64,000 nt of DNA. It comes from a virus. Lineage: Duplodnaviria; Caudoviricetes. Location of the stretch: positions 18,940 to 82,939 of IMG/VR virus record IMGVR_UViG_3300037471_001740; one strand, given 5' to 3'. Made by a program: the position numbers and the translations under genes. A model generated the notes under the pieces. It was given only the letters and a program-made list of their open reading frames with translations, had not been told where the DNA came from and searched no databases. Below, piece after piece: positions 18,557 to 27,653 of the stretch. Every line of letters begins with the position of its first letter. Position 1 is the first letter of the stretch.

Positions 18557-19910
18557 AACCCACCCGCTTGTCCTCGACGCGATGATCGTCACGGGCAACA
18601 CCAAAGCCGCGATCAAAGCCGCCGGCGGCGGTTCGTCCGACCTCTGGACCGTTCCGCCCGATCAGATCCATTACGACCCTCGAGACAATGTTCGTCCGCT
18701 CGATCCCACCCGCGTGCGCAAGGTCGCCGATTCGATCAAAGCCAACGGCTATGACCGCAAGAAGCCGCTCGGATGCTTTGTCCGCAAGGTGGGCGGCGAA
18801 GATCGTATCTTCGTCTATGAAGGCCAGCATCGTTATCACGGGGCACTGCTCGCGATCAGCGAAGGCAAGGAAATCGACCGCCTGCCCTGCATCATCGACG
18901 AGGCAAAGTCGGTCACGCGCACCAACCTCATTTACGCCGGCATCGTCAACAACGACGGCGAGAAGCTGACGCCCCTTCAGTTGGCCGAGAAGATCGTCGA
19001 GCTGCAGGCACTCGGCGAAGACAATGCGACCATCTGCTCGCGCCTGACCATCACCGATCAGACGATCCGTGACTGCCTGCTGCTGGCGAACGCGCCTGTA
19101 GGGGTTCATAAGCTCGTGCGTGACGGTGCCGTCGCATCCACGCTCGCTATCGAGGAAATCCGCGCACACGGCGGTGAGAAAGCCCTTGAACGACTCCAGA
19201 AGGGTCTCGTCGACGCAAAGGCAGCAGGTAAGACCAAGGTCACAAAGAAACATCTCAGCAAGCCGGCGGCACCCACGGCACCGAAGAAGATCACTGAAGT
19301 GCAGGCAAAGCAACTTTTGCAGGCGCTGCAATCGGTTCTGCATGACCCGCTGTTCGGCAAGCTATCCCCCGGCACGATCGCGGGCGTGCACGCGGCCCTC
19401 ACACCCCTCACGGATCTGCTCGACACCATCCCGTCGAAAGCGGGACGCGCAGGACGCCAAAAGATCGCGACACCCAATGAACACGGCGTGTACACGCGTC
19501 ACGAGACGATCAAAGCGCCGCTCTTCAAGCGCACTGGCAAGAACCCGTACGAGATCCACATTGCACATGTCGCGGAAGGCCAGTGGATCTACAGCACGTC
19601 GTATTCGATCGGCACGGGATCCGGATCGAGCCCCTGCACGCTTCGGGAAGGCGAGCCGACATATCCGACGCGTGGTCAGGCCATTCGCGCAGCCGTCCAG
19701 CACATCACGCGCGAGATGAACGACCCCCGCAAACGCGATTCGAAAGAGGCACCCGGCATTCACTCGTGGTTGATTAAGCTCTGGCAAGCGCCGGATCCTG
19801 ACTGGAACGAAGCGATAGCGGATGCGCTGCGAGAAGCGACGGACAAATCGCGCAACGTCGCGTGGCCGTTCCCGTCTGGAGCGATGGCTGCAGGAGGCAA
19901 GCGTGACTGA
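18549..19910 (+). CDS. ParB-N-like domain protein
   Basis: DNVRP..SIKANG..YEGQHRYHG, then HTH; extra C-terminal domain. Confidence 0.7.
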   Translation: MAKTHPLVLDAMIVTGNTKAAIKAAGGGSSDLWTVPPDQIHYDPRDNVRPLDPTRVRKVADSIKANGYDRKKPLGCFVRKVGGEDRIFVYEGQHRYHGALLAISEGKEIDRLPCIIDEAKSVTRTNLIYAGIVNNDGEKLTPLQLAEKIVELQALGEDNATICSRLTITDQTIRDCLLLANAPVGVHKLVRDGAVASTLAIEEIRAHGGEKALERLQKGLVDAKAAGKTKVTKKHLSKPAAPTAPKKITEVQAKQLLQALQSVLHDPLFGKLSPGTIAGVHAALTPLTDLLDTIPSKAGRAGRQKIATPNEHGVYTRHETIKAPLFKRTGKNPYEIHIAHVAEGQWIYSTSYSIGTGSGSSPCTLREGEPTYPTRGQAIRAAVQHITREMNDPRKRDSKEAPGIHSWLIKLWQAPDPDWNEAIADALREATDKSRNVAWPFPSGAMAAGGKRD

Positions 19911-20370
19911 TCAACCGGCACTTTTCGCCTGCCCTCCGGCTGCTTCTACCCCACTCCCGCTGCCGCGCGAGCGGGAACCCAAAACCAAACGCCCAAGGCT
20001 CGCGCTGGCGGCTAGCGCAGAGCTTCACATCGAAGGCGAAGGCAGCGGGCTCGCGCCCGCCAAAGCGATCCAGACGAACGAAGCGACGCGTGCGCGTCGC
20101 AACCCTATCCAGTTGAACGAAGACCAGTCGGATCCCCGACTGGTCACACTCGCGCGCATCGAGCGCGTTCGCATCGAGATCCGCGAGCTGGTCGACGTCG
20201 TCGTGCTTGGTGCGGACATCGAGCTACTCGACCTCATGCGCGACGAGACAGGCAGCTATAGCCGGCACAAGGCTGCGCAGGAGGCTCGCAAATGGGCCGA
20301 CGCTGCCGGCATTCAGATCGAAACGGGATTAATGATGCTAGACCGCGCGCTGCGGTCGGCAGGGAAATGA
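19903..20370 (+). CDS. Hypothetical phage protein
   Basis: GTG start with GGAGG RBS. Confidence 0.5.
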   Translation: MTDQPALFACPPAASTPLPLPREREPKTKRPRLALAASAELHIEGEGSGLAPAKAIQTNEATRARRNPIQLNEDQSDPRLVTLARIERVRIEIRELVDVVVLGADIELLDLMRDETGSYSRHKAAQEARKWADAAGIQIETGLMMLDRALRSAGK

Positions 20371-20380
20371 CGGTGTCGCG

Positions 20381-21103
20381 ATGATGAAAAGCTCACGTTC
20401 CTATATCGCCACTGCCCACGATTACGACATCAATGCTGGGGTTCCGACGACAAACAGCGAATGCGGCACTACGGATTCGCTCAATGTTCACGAGGAAGAT
20501 AGCCCGTGGGTCATCGTCGCCATCCAACAGCGCGAGCGCAGTCCCTGTTATTCGACCAGAGCGTTCACGGCTCCCGTCGAGGATCGTAAAGGACAGGTAA
20601 TCGCCGGTCGTGGGGGTAACCGGGGCGGAAATCTGAAAACTGTCGTCCATCACATCGCTCCGGAGAATATGGAGCCAAATCCTAGCACGCAGACACCTAT
20701 CTGTAAGGTCCAGACGCGGCAACGCGGCATTAGACCATTCGCAGGCAATGAAGGTCGCTACGCAGCCGTCGAAGGCGGTGTACGACGTCTCTGGATCCGC
20801 GACCAAGTAACTTTGCAGGCCGACATTGTTGCGCTCCTGCGCAGCGACGGTCATATGCCCAAGAAGCGCATCATCACTGGCCTAGGAGCGGCGCTGGCCG
20901 CAATCGACACCGGGCTGACGACGCTGCGCGATGCGCAACTCATCGAGTGCTACAAAGCCCGCAGCCGACGCGGCCGGATAGATGAACATTGGTGCCTCTT
21001 TGGCGAATCACCTGCCCGTCCCACTGCTTTCAAATTTTCAGCTGCTGCAACGCTAGCCGCTATGCAGATGCATGCAACACAGCTTTACGGAGCAATGAAA
21101 TGA
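20381..21103 (+). CDS. Hypothetical protein with C-terminal wHTH-like segment
   Basis: 240 aa ORF, ATGA overlap with xis-like gene. Confidence 0.45.
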   Translation: MMKSSRSYIATAHDYDINAGVPTTNSECGTTDSLNVHEEDSPWVIVAIQQRERSPCYSTRAFTAPVEDRKGQVIAGRGGNRGGNLKTVVHHIAPENMEPNPSTQTPICKVQTRQRGIRPFAGNEGRYAAVEGGVRRLWIRDQVTLQADIVALLRSDGHMPKKRIITGLGAALAAIDTGLTTLRDAQLIECYKARSRRGRIDEHWCLFGESPARPTAFKFSAAATLAAMQMHATQLYGAMK

Positions 21104-21333
21104 GCCTGCTCACCCGCGCGTACATTCTCGAAAAATTCGGTCCACGCCTGACAATGGGCCAGCTTGCAATTCTGCTGGCCATGTCCGAAGGCACCATCCG
21201 GAATCAGGTAAGCGCCGAGACGTTCCCTATTCCGACGTACAAGGAAGGCGCGGCACGTTACGCCTCGTACGATTCCGTGGCCGATTATCTTGACGACATG
21301 TCGGAAAAAGCAAAAGCTCGTGCGGCACAGTGA
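21100..21333 (+). CDS. Excisionase-like DNA-binding protein
   Basis: LTMGQLAILLAMSEGTIRN HTH, last early-left gene near int. Confidence 0.65.
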   Translation: MSLLTRAYILEKFGPRLTMGQLAILLAMSEGTIRNQVSAETFPIPTYKEGAARYASYDSVADYLDDMSEKAKARAAQ

Positions 21334-21344
21334 CTAGCCTACGG

Positions 21345-21377
21345 GGCGTGCGCTCCAATTCGCGAGGCGCACACCCT
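21345..21377. terminator. Hairpin between convergent xis-like and moron genes
   Basis: GGGCGTGCGC...GCGCACACCC stem. Confidence 0.5.
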
Positions 21378-21390
21378 CCTACCATTCGAC

Positions 21391-22230
21391 TCAATCCTGA
21401 GAAGCGTATCTTTCTCGTACAGTTCCGATAACGCCGCATCGCTTCAGGTAGCTACAAAGCAAGCCTTGGTTTTCCTTATGGCGATGAGAAGAATTTATGG
21501 CTGCAATATTCGACCATTGAAAAAACTCGACACCATCGGAGCGCGTGCGCACTAACACGCCCTTATCAAAATATCGAATCACGAAGACTGGCTGGACCGC
21601 GCTCTGGCCGGCCAGCGTTATTTCAGTATTTGGCGTCGCAAAATTGGCGTAAAGCCCAAAGTTGTATCCTATCCCCCACAGCGAAAATGCGGCAGATGGT
21701 GCGAACATCATCACGAATACGATCTCGACGGACCATCGGGTGATCACGCTTGGATGCATGAGCATCCACATAATCACCGAGACCCAAATCAATGAAAACC
21801 CAAAAATTGCTAGAGGAAACAGCACGTCACCGAACAACACATATGCGAGAGCCGCACCCACCGCAAGCAACCCGCCAAACGACAGCGCTACACGCGCAAT
21901 AAATGTCAACCGCGGCTCCACGGCACGGAAGTCTTTTATTTCCAAAACGGTTCGAGGACGAGGCCGATTCAGAATGGTGTTTGCGGTGAATCGCACCAAG
22001 AATATGTGAAATGCCATCCATCCGCATGCGACGAAGAGTGCAAGCGGAAACCAATAGACAGCAGACTTCGCGTGATCGATGAGTGACGATGGCACCTCTC
22101 GCATCGGGATATTCAACGCTTGAAAATATCCCCAATCGAAAATGACGGATGCTGGAAGACTAAGCGAAGCGGCCAAGGTCGCGATCTTTCCGACACTCTC
22201 AATTCCCAGTTTCTTTTCGTTATCGGGCAT
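21391..22230 (-). CDS. Multi-TM membrane protein (moron)
   Basis: At least five hydrophobic segments, visibly AT-richer, directly downstream of int. Confidence 0.7.
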   Translation of the reverse strand: MPDNEKKLGIESVGKIATLAASLSLPASVIFDWGYFQALNIPMREVPSSLIDHAKSAVYWFPLALFVACGWMAFHIFLVRFTANTILNRPRPRTVLEIKDFRAVEPRLTFIARVALSFGGLLAVGAALAYVLFGDVLFPLAIFGFSLIWVSVIMWMLMHPSVITRWSVEIVFVMMFAPSAAFSLWGIGYNFGLYANFATPNTEITLAGQSAVQPVFVIRYFDKGVLVRTRSDGVEFFQWSNIAAINSSHRHKENQGLLCSYLKRCGVIGTVRERYASQD

Positions 22231-22266
22231 ATCACCAACTTGTTGGGAAACAATCATTTTTCGGAT

Positions 22267-23364
22267 TTAAGCGGACTGAACAAGTTTCAACCGCCCTTTT
22301 TTTGCGACCTGCGCCGGATCAAGGTTGGTGTAGCGCTTCAGGTTTCGCCAATCCTTGTGGCCGGTCACCGTTGCCACCTCGGGAATTTCCCATCCCGCCT
22401 CGAAGAGTGCGCTCGTCGCCTCATGCCGCAGATCGTGTAGATGCAAGTCAACAATGCCCTTCGAATCGCACGCTTCCTTGAAATACTTGCTGGCCGTGCT
22501 GGGCGAAAAGCGAAAAATATACTCGTTTTTGTGCGGAAGCAATGAGGGGTCGGCCAAACGCTTTTCGGCATAGCCTTCGGGAACGGGATAGCGCGGCTGA
22601 CGCTGGATGACCTCGAACGAGTCACCGATAAGCGGAATCCATTCGTTGTTGCCAAGTTTCTGGCGCGGATGCTTGCGGTCACGCACAAGCGCCAGGTGCC
22701 GCTCGACGTCGACATCTTCCCACCGAAGCCGGAACAGTTCGCCACGCCGAAAGGCGCACTGCATCGCCACGCGCAACAGATCCGGCATCGCTTGCTGCCG
22801 CTCCGGATGCTCGGCGAACCAGGCGAAGATCTTCTCTATTTCTTCCGTCGTTGGTCGACGGTCGCGTTTGATACCCGGTCCGATCAGATGCAGGTGATGC
22901 AGCGTGGGACGCGCAGCACCGATAACATCGGGCAACGTGATAGCCAGCAGCGACGCCATGTGCCGCATCACTGTGCCGAGCTTCGAGATATCCATGTCGA
23001 CGGTGTACTCGCCCGCGCCCGACTTGCGCCTGCCCTGAGCGAATTTGACGACATCCTGAGTCGAGAGCCGCGAGGCCAAGTTACTTTGAAACGCGTCGTT
23101 CAGCCGGGAGAGGATGTAGTCTTCATTCGACTTCGGCTTGACGGCACGCCCCGACTCGTCACGTGCCTCCCGGTACTTTCTAATGAGATCGCCGACCGTC
23201 ACCGTCTCGGCGCTGGCCGCGTTGCTGCCTTTCTCGATCTCGACTTCCTTCTCGCGCGCCCACGCTTCGGCGGCGCTTTTGGTCTTGAACGTTTTTGCTA
23301 TACTCTGCCCGCGCTTTCGCACTTGGGCACGCCAGCGCTTGCCCACAGGCAAGATGGAAGCCAT
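22267..23364 (-). CDS. int: Tyrosine integrase of prophage 1
   Basis: AFRRGEL, HDLRHE, GHKDW, LKRYT catalytic motifs. Confidence 0.95.
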   Translation of the reverse strand: MASILPVGKRWRAQVRKRGQSIAKTFKTKSAAEAWAREKEVEIEKGSNAASAETVTVGDLIRKYREARDESGRAVKPKSNEDYILSRLNDAFQSNLASRLSTQDVVKFAQGRRKSGAGEYTVDMDISKLGTVMRHMASLLAITLPDVIGAARPTLHHLHLIGPGIKRDRRPTTEEIEKIFAWFAEHPERQQAMPDLLRVAMQCAFRRGELFRLRWEDVDVERHLALVRDRKHPRQKLGNNEWIPLIGDSFEVIQRQPRYPVPEGYAEKRLADPSLLPHKNEYIFRFSPSTASKYFKEACDSKGIVDLHLHDLRHEATSALFEAGWEIPEVATVTGHKDWRNLKRYTNLDPAQVAKKGRLKLVQSA

Positions 23365-23385
23365 GATTTCCCCGTCTCGAAAAAC

Positions 23386-23446
23386 TGTAGCAGTGCCAGA
23401 TCAGTTTTCAGTGCTACAGCGCAAATTTGTAGCAGAAGTGTAGCAG
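23386..23446. repeat. Putative arm-type sites of integrase 1
   Basis: TGTAGCAG at 23386, 23428, 23439 and inverted TGCTACA at 23412. Confidence 0.6.
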
Positions 23447-23581
23447 GGACGGCGGTAAATTACGGTTCACAGGCTGTCACGGCGCTTCATTTAGGAAGAA
23501 GCTAAAATGCCGAAAACGCCCACGGAGTAAGGCCGAAGCCAATAGCAGCAAGGCTCCGATCCACCCCGTGAAAATGTTGCT

Positions 23582-23656
23582 CTCCCCGTAGTTCAATGGA
23601 TAGAACGAGTGCCTCCTAAGCGCTAGATACAGGTTCGATTCCTGTCGGGGGGACCA
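23582..23656 (+). tRNA. tRNA-Arg(CCT)
   Basis: Full cloverleaf, anticodon loop CTCCTAA, TTCGATT T loop, CCA end; 75 nt. Confidence 0.97.
23635..23656 (+). repeat. attL core of prophage 2 (22 bp)
   Basis: TCGATTCCTGTCGGGGGGACCA identical to 60925-60946. Confidence 0.95.
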
Positions 23657-23700
23657 AGACCAGGCCGGAATGCCTTATCTGACAAGGCTCCGCACTAAGT

Positions 23701-23729
23701 TTGGCGTAAATCTGGCGTAATTACGCCAA
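23701..23729. repeat. Putative arm-type sites of integrase 2 (attL side)
   Basis: TTGGCGTAAA TCTGGCGTAA plus inverted TTACGCCAA; same motif at 60771-60791. Confidence 0.75.
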
Positions 23730-23731
23730 CT

Positions 23732-24100
23732 TCAACGGTGTGCGCTTAGCGCGGCGATCAGCTCGCGCGCGAACTCAACTTCCTTCTTCAGCGCCGCAGC
23801 CTCTGTATCCGGCTTCACCTGGGCCATTGCGGACGCAACGTGCTCCAGTGTTACGTTGGCACGATCCAGTGCGCCCCAGAGGGCGGCAATCTGCTTTCTC
23901 AAGCCATCAATGATGGCTGTATCTCTCGCCTCAATCTGCGCGAGGATCGCCGGACCGCTCTCTGCTCGAGGGTCATGCTTCAGTCGGTAGACCACCTCGC
24001 CATTCACCGTCAATCCCGCCTGTTCAGCAGCACGCTCGACCTCGGCGTGAACGCTGCGAGGGATTCGGAATGATGTCTTCAGGATCGGATCGTCGGCCAT
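23732..24100 (-). CDS. Arc-family ribbon-helix-helix protein
   Basis: KTSFRIPRSVHAEVERAA..TVNGEVVYRL. Confidence 0.8.
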   Translation of the reverse strand: MADDPILKTSFRIPRSVHAEVERAAEQAGLTVNGEVVYRLKHDPRAESGPAILAQIEARDTAIIDGLRKQIAALWGALDRANVTLEHVASAMAQVKPDTEAAALKKEVEFARELIAALSAHR

Positions 24101-24241
24101 GCCGGCGATTCTATTCGGGCGGCAAATGGGGCGCTACCATCGCCATTAAAGCCGTACAATTGCCACCTCAAAAGCCCTTTCTTCGCCGGATTGTTAAATC
24201 GTCATCGCCTCTAGAATGCCAACACTTACTGGAGGTGTGGC

Positions 24242-24475
24242 GTGAAAATGGACTGTGACGAAGCATCTATGGAAACTGCAGGCACCGCCTTGCGGACGGT
24301 GGCGGACGCGGTGGACGCGATCACCGTAAAGGCGATACAACTGGAGGGGCTGCTTGTGGCAATGAGCCACGCGGCGAAGTCAGACGACATGCCGCCGGCA
24401 TTCATGGAGGCGTCGTTGTGGCTAGCCTGCGACGTCGTGCGCGAAATCAGGTGCGCCGTGGGCGACTTAAGCTAG
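24242..24475 (+). CDS. Hypothetical helical protein
   Basis: 77 aa, GGAGG RBS, divergent from Arc-like gene. Confidence 0.55.
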   Translation: MKMDCDEASMETAGTALRTVADAVDAITVKAIQLEGLLVAMSHAAKSDDMPPAFMEASLWLACDVVREIRCAVGDLS

Positions 24476-24484
24476 ACTCGCCGC

Positions 24485-25543
24485 ATGAAAAATCTTACGA
24501 ATAATTTCGACGGTTTGCGGATCATTGCGGCCACGATGGTTCTCGTGAGCCACCAGTTTGCGCTGCTGCAGCTGCCGCAGCCGGAGATCTATCCGGGCAT
24601 GACAATCGGCACGGTTGCCGTCTTCATGTTCTTTGTGATCAGCGGATATCTTGTTACAAAAAGCTGGGTAGATGATCCGAACATATCGCGCTTCGCCGCG
24701 CGGCGTTCTCTCAGGCTCATTCCCGGTCTCGTGGTGGCGATCGCACTATCCGTATTCGTGCTCGGCCCCATCGTTTCCACCCTGCGTCCGGCCGAATATT
24801 TCGGAACACACGACCCGCGCCAATACCTGTGGATTATTCGCTTCAGGCCACATTTCGGTATGCCCGGCGCATTCGAATCAAACCCGTTTCCAGAGGCGGC
24901 AAACGGCTCACTGTGGAGCATCCCTTATGAGATCGTGTGCTACGTTCTAATGGGAGCTGTCGGACTGGTCGGAATGATGCGCAGCCGCCGGATGTGCCTC
25001 GCAGCCGTTGCACTGTTGGCGCTGTACAGGTTTGGAATCAAACATTCAGAGCTAAATGCTGCACGCATCTGGATGCTCGACCTCGGTCTTTTCTTTAGCG
25101 CTGGCGCGCTAATCCAGATGTTCAAGAGCGTCTGGATATGGAGGTCGAAAACACTGCTGCTATGTGCTCTCATTTTTTCTGCCGTAACGGCTTGGAGAGG
25201 ACACTACTTCGTCGCACTTTGGCTGATGCTCCCCTCCCTCACCATCGTGTGCGGCGAAGCGTCCACGCCTGTGCTTCGTCGCTTCGGAAGGTTCGGCGAC
25301 ATCTCCTACGGCATCTACATCTACGCCTTCATCACTCAGCAAACGCTGATATTGGCGACGGGCGCGCGCTGGAGCGTCTATCAGTACATGCCGGTGTCAC
25401 TTGCGATCACCGTGTGCCTGGCGTTCGCGTCGTGGCACCTTATCGAGCGGCCGGCGCTTTCGCTCAAGCCGCGCCGTCGATCAGCGGCCCAGCGTCAGTC
25501 GGCTGGAAGCGGCGTATTGCCCGCCGCGAGCCAAGGCAGGTAG
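24485..25543 (+). CDS. Acyltransferase family 3 (Oac/OafA-like O-acetyltransferase)
   Basis: NNFDGLRIIAATMVLVSH, FFVISGYLV, NGSLWSIPYE, GDISYGIYIY; about ten TM segments. Confidence 0.88.
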   Translation: MKNLTNNFDGLRIIAATMVLVSHQFALLQLPQPEIYPGMTIGTVAVFMFFVISGYLVTKSWVDDPNISRFAARRSLRLIPGLVVAIALSVFVLGPIVSTLRPAEYFGTHDPRQYLWIIRFRPHFGMPGAFESNPFPEAANGSLWSIPYEIVCYVLMGAVGLVGMMRSRRMCLAAVALLALYRFGIKHSELNAARIWMLDLGLFFSAGALIQMFKSVWIWRSKTLLLCALIFSAVTAWRGHYFVALWLMLPSLTIVCGEASTPVLRRFGRFGDISYGIYIYAFITQQTLILATGARWSVYQYMPVSLAITVCLAFASWHLIERPALSLKPRRRSAAQRQSAGSGVLPAASQGR

Positions 25544-25674
25544 ATCTCGTTCCACTGCCACGAACCTTCGATGATGTTCCAGAGGTTTCCATCAGGATCC
25601 GTGTACCACATGCGCGTCGGATCGATTTCGCCGCTGAACGGGTTGCGGTACTGCTTGAACTGAATGTCGGCCAT
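25495..25674 (-). CDS. Small tail-fibre chaperone-like protein (59 aa)
   Basis: Hand translation ending YLPWLAAGNTPLPAD; directly after the fibre gene. Confidence 0.65.
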   Translation of the reverse strand: MADIQFKQYRNPFSGEIDPTRMWYTDPDGNLWNIIEGSWQWNEIYLPWLAAGNTPLPAD

Positions 25675-25685
25675 GATGGTTTGCC

Positions 25686-27344
25686 CTATAAGCGCGCATC
25701 GAGGAAAACACGCGCCCCAACTGCGGTGAAGGTGAAGTAGGAGGCTGCACCCGCCGTACCGCCGGAACCGCTTGATCCCAGATAGAAGGCCGTCGGTGAT
25801 GTACCGGTTACCGTGGCATTAGCCCACGAGCCAGCGCCGGCATATTGGGAATTGCCGCCCAGTATGGAGCACGTTGGAGTGACGCGAAGCGGCTTGCTCA
25901 AAACGTTGAAAGAGAACGCGTTTGTTGTGCCGGTGGTAACGCCATTGACAGTCGCGTTGGCAGTGAATGGCCCCCATACCTGCGCGTAAGGGCTCATGCG
26001 ATCGCGCTCCGCGACAGGGCCGCGATACTCGAAGACTGACGGTGCGCCGCCCGTTCCAGTCGTGTTCGCGCTGGACGTCGCAAGCGATTCTTCGATCTGC
26101 AGCTGGTCAGCAAAGAGTGTGAAGGTCGCGCCAGTTGCCAGCAGCAAATCGATGCGCAGACTGTCATCACCGTTCGAACCGAGCGTCTTTCCGCTGATCG
26201 ATGGAATATCCAATCGCGCACTGAATTTTTGCTCTGTCGTGGTGACGTTCCAGGTAACGGCTGTCGTCGCGGCCACCGATGCCGAAGGGCTTCCGCCTGT
26301 CCCGAAAGATTGCGTATAGCGAACACCGACGACGAGATTCGCGGCAGCCGCAGATTGCAGAGATGCTTGAACGGTGACGCTCTGCCCGTTGTACTTCTCG
26401 ACGCCTCCAATCTTCTGGCCGACTGTCGGGCTAGTGGAAGCACCCGTCGTCTGCTGGTGGGAGTAGCGATACTTCGAACCGCGCTTCATGTACGCCGGTT
26501 CGCTGCCGAGTGTTCGCGTATTTTGCGAGACGGTTGCCGCGCCGCCCGTGCCCGCGTTGGCAATCCACACGTTCGCGGTGTACATGTCCGCCGCGCCGAC
26601 GGAGAACGTGGTGCTCACGTCCCAAAAATCGAAGTTTCCGTCTATGAAACCGTTCAGGTGCGCAGCGGCGAAGTTCTGCTGAACAACGCCCGGGACCTTG
26701 ATATTGTTTGCAGCATCAAGTGTGATAGGAAGATTGGCCGCATCCCACGGCGTCTGGCCGTTGAAGGTCGGGCGCGTTGTGAACTGCTGCAGAAGCGCCC
26801 ATGTGTTTGCGGCGTTGAGCAGCGGAATGGCCCCGCCGCTGGTCCCTGTGTTCTGCGTGGCCGCCGAGCCGAGCCCGAGATTCGATCGCGCTGTCGCCGC
26901 GTTCGAAACGTCTGATAGGTTGTTCGCCTTCACCAGCGCATTGGCCAGCGTCGCCGCGGCGTTCGATGCACTCGTTGCGGCCGCCGTTGCGGAATTCGCA
27001 GCATTGGTTGCTGACGCCCCTGCGGCGGTCGCGCTATTCGCTGCGTTCGTGGCCTGCGTCGTCGCGGTCGCGGCGCTTCCGCTAGCAGACGTCGCACTGC
27101 CTGACGCTGCCGTAGCGCTCGCCCCCGCGTTTGTGGCGGACGTCGAAGCGCTGGCGGCGGATGCTGTTGCGCTGGTGGCGCTCGCGCCCGCATTGGTCTC
27201 CGATGTTGCTGCCGCTGCCGCGCTAGCCGCGGCTGCTGCAGCACTTGCCGCCGCTTCCGGCGCTGCTGTGGGAATGTACTGCCCGAGCTTGAGCTCGAGC
27301 GTCGACGTATCGTCGGCGCGAATGATGAATGTGAACTGGTTCAT
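25686..27344 (-). CDS. Tail fibre protein
   Basis: Ala/Ser/Thr repeats, ANNLSDV..ARSNLGLG motif, beta-rich C-terminus. Confidence 0.8.
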   Translation of the reverse strand: MNQFTFIIRADDTSTLELKLGQYIPTAAPEAAASAAAAAASAAAAATSETNAGASATSATASAASASTSATNAGASATAASGSATSASGSAATATTQATNAANSATAAGASATNAANSATAAATSASNAAATLANALVKANNLSDVSNAATARSNLGLGSAATQNTGTSGGAIPLLNAANTWALLQQFTTRPTFNGQTPWDAANLPITLDAANNIKVPGVVQQNFAAAHLNGFIDGNFDFWDVSTTFSVGAADMYTANVWIANAGTGGAATVSQNTRTLGSEPAYMKRGSKYRYSHQQTTGASTSPTVGQKIGGVEKYNGQSVTVQASLQSAAAANLVVGVRYTQSFGTGGSPSASVAATTAVTWNVTTTEQKFSARLDIPSISGKTLGSNGDDSLRIDLLLATGATFTLFADQLQIEESLATSSANTTGTGGAPSVFEYRGPVAERDRMSPYAQVWGPFTANATVNGVTTGTTNAFSFNVLSKPLRVTPTCSILGGNSQYAGAGSWANATVTGTSPTAFYLGSSGSGGTAGAASYFTFTAVGARVFLDARL

Positions 27345-27652
27345 ACGGGCAGTGGCGTGTCGATCACGCGAAAGAAGTCGGGTTGGCTGACGTACTGATT
27401 GCCAGACGGATCACGCACGGCCAGATCGATGCGCGCTTTCCCGACGGGCCACGACGACGAGTCACCGCCGGCGAGTTGCAAAAGGCCAGTCGTCGGATCG
27501 AGCCACGTTGGCGTGAGATTCGCGATCAGCGTCTTACCGGTGGAGTCGTGGATCTGCGCGACGACGGACCAATTCGTCATGTCCTGCGTGTCGCCATCAA
27601 GTTGGAAATTGCCGACCACCTGAAACGTTGAGCCTTGGACGAATTGCCACAT
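27341..27652 (-). CDS. Tail-fibre-associated hypothetical protein
   Basis: 103 aa beta-rich, ATGA overlap. Confidence 0.6.
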   Translation of the reverse strand: MWQFVQGSTFQVVGNFQLDGDTQDMTNWSVVAQIHDSTGKTLIANLTPTWLDPTTGLLQLAGGDSSSWPVGKARIDLAVRDPSGNQYVSQPDFFRVIDTPLPV

Positions 27653-27653
27653 A

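Larger units (their letters stand above)
1..23581. mobile_element. Prophage 1, lambda-like siphovirus (left end outside window)
   Basis: Colinear tail/head/terminase/Q/replication/immunity/xis/int modules ending at the integrase beside tRNA-Arg; right boundary approximate. Confidence 0.95.

Noticed and set aside
23549-23692. CAAGGCTCCG 10-mer on both sides of the tRNA as an att duplication
   Set aside because: Too short, it flanks only the tRNA, and the real 22-bp core is found at 60925.
26930-27260. Ala/Ser/Thr repeats as a separate repeat element
   Set aside because: Ordinary coding repeats of a tail-fibre shaft.
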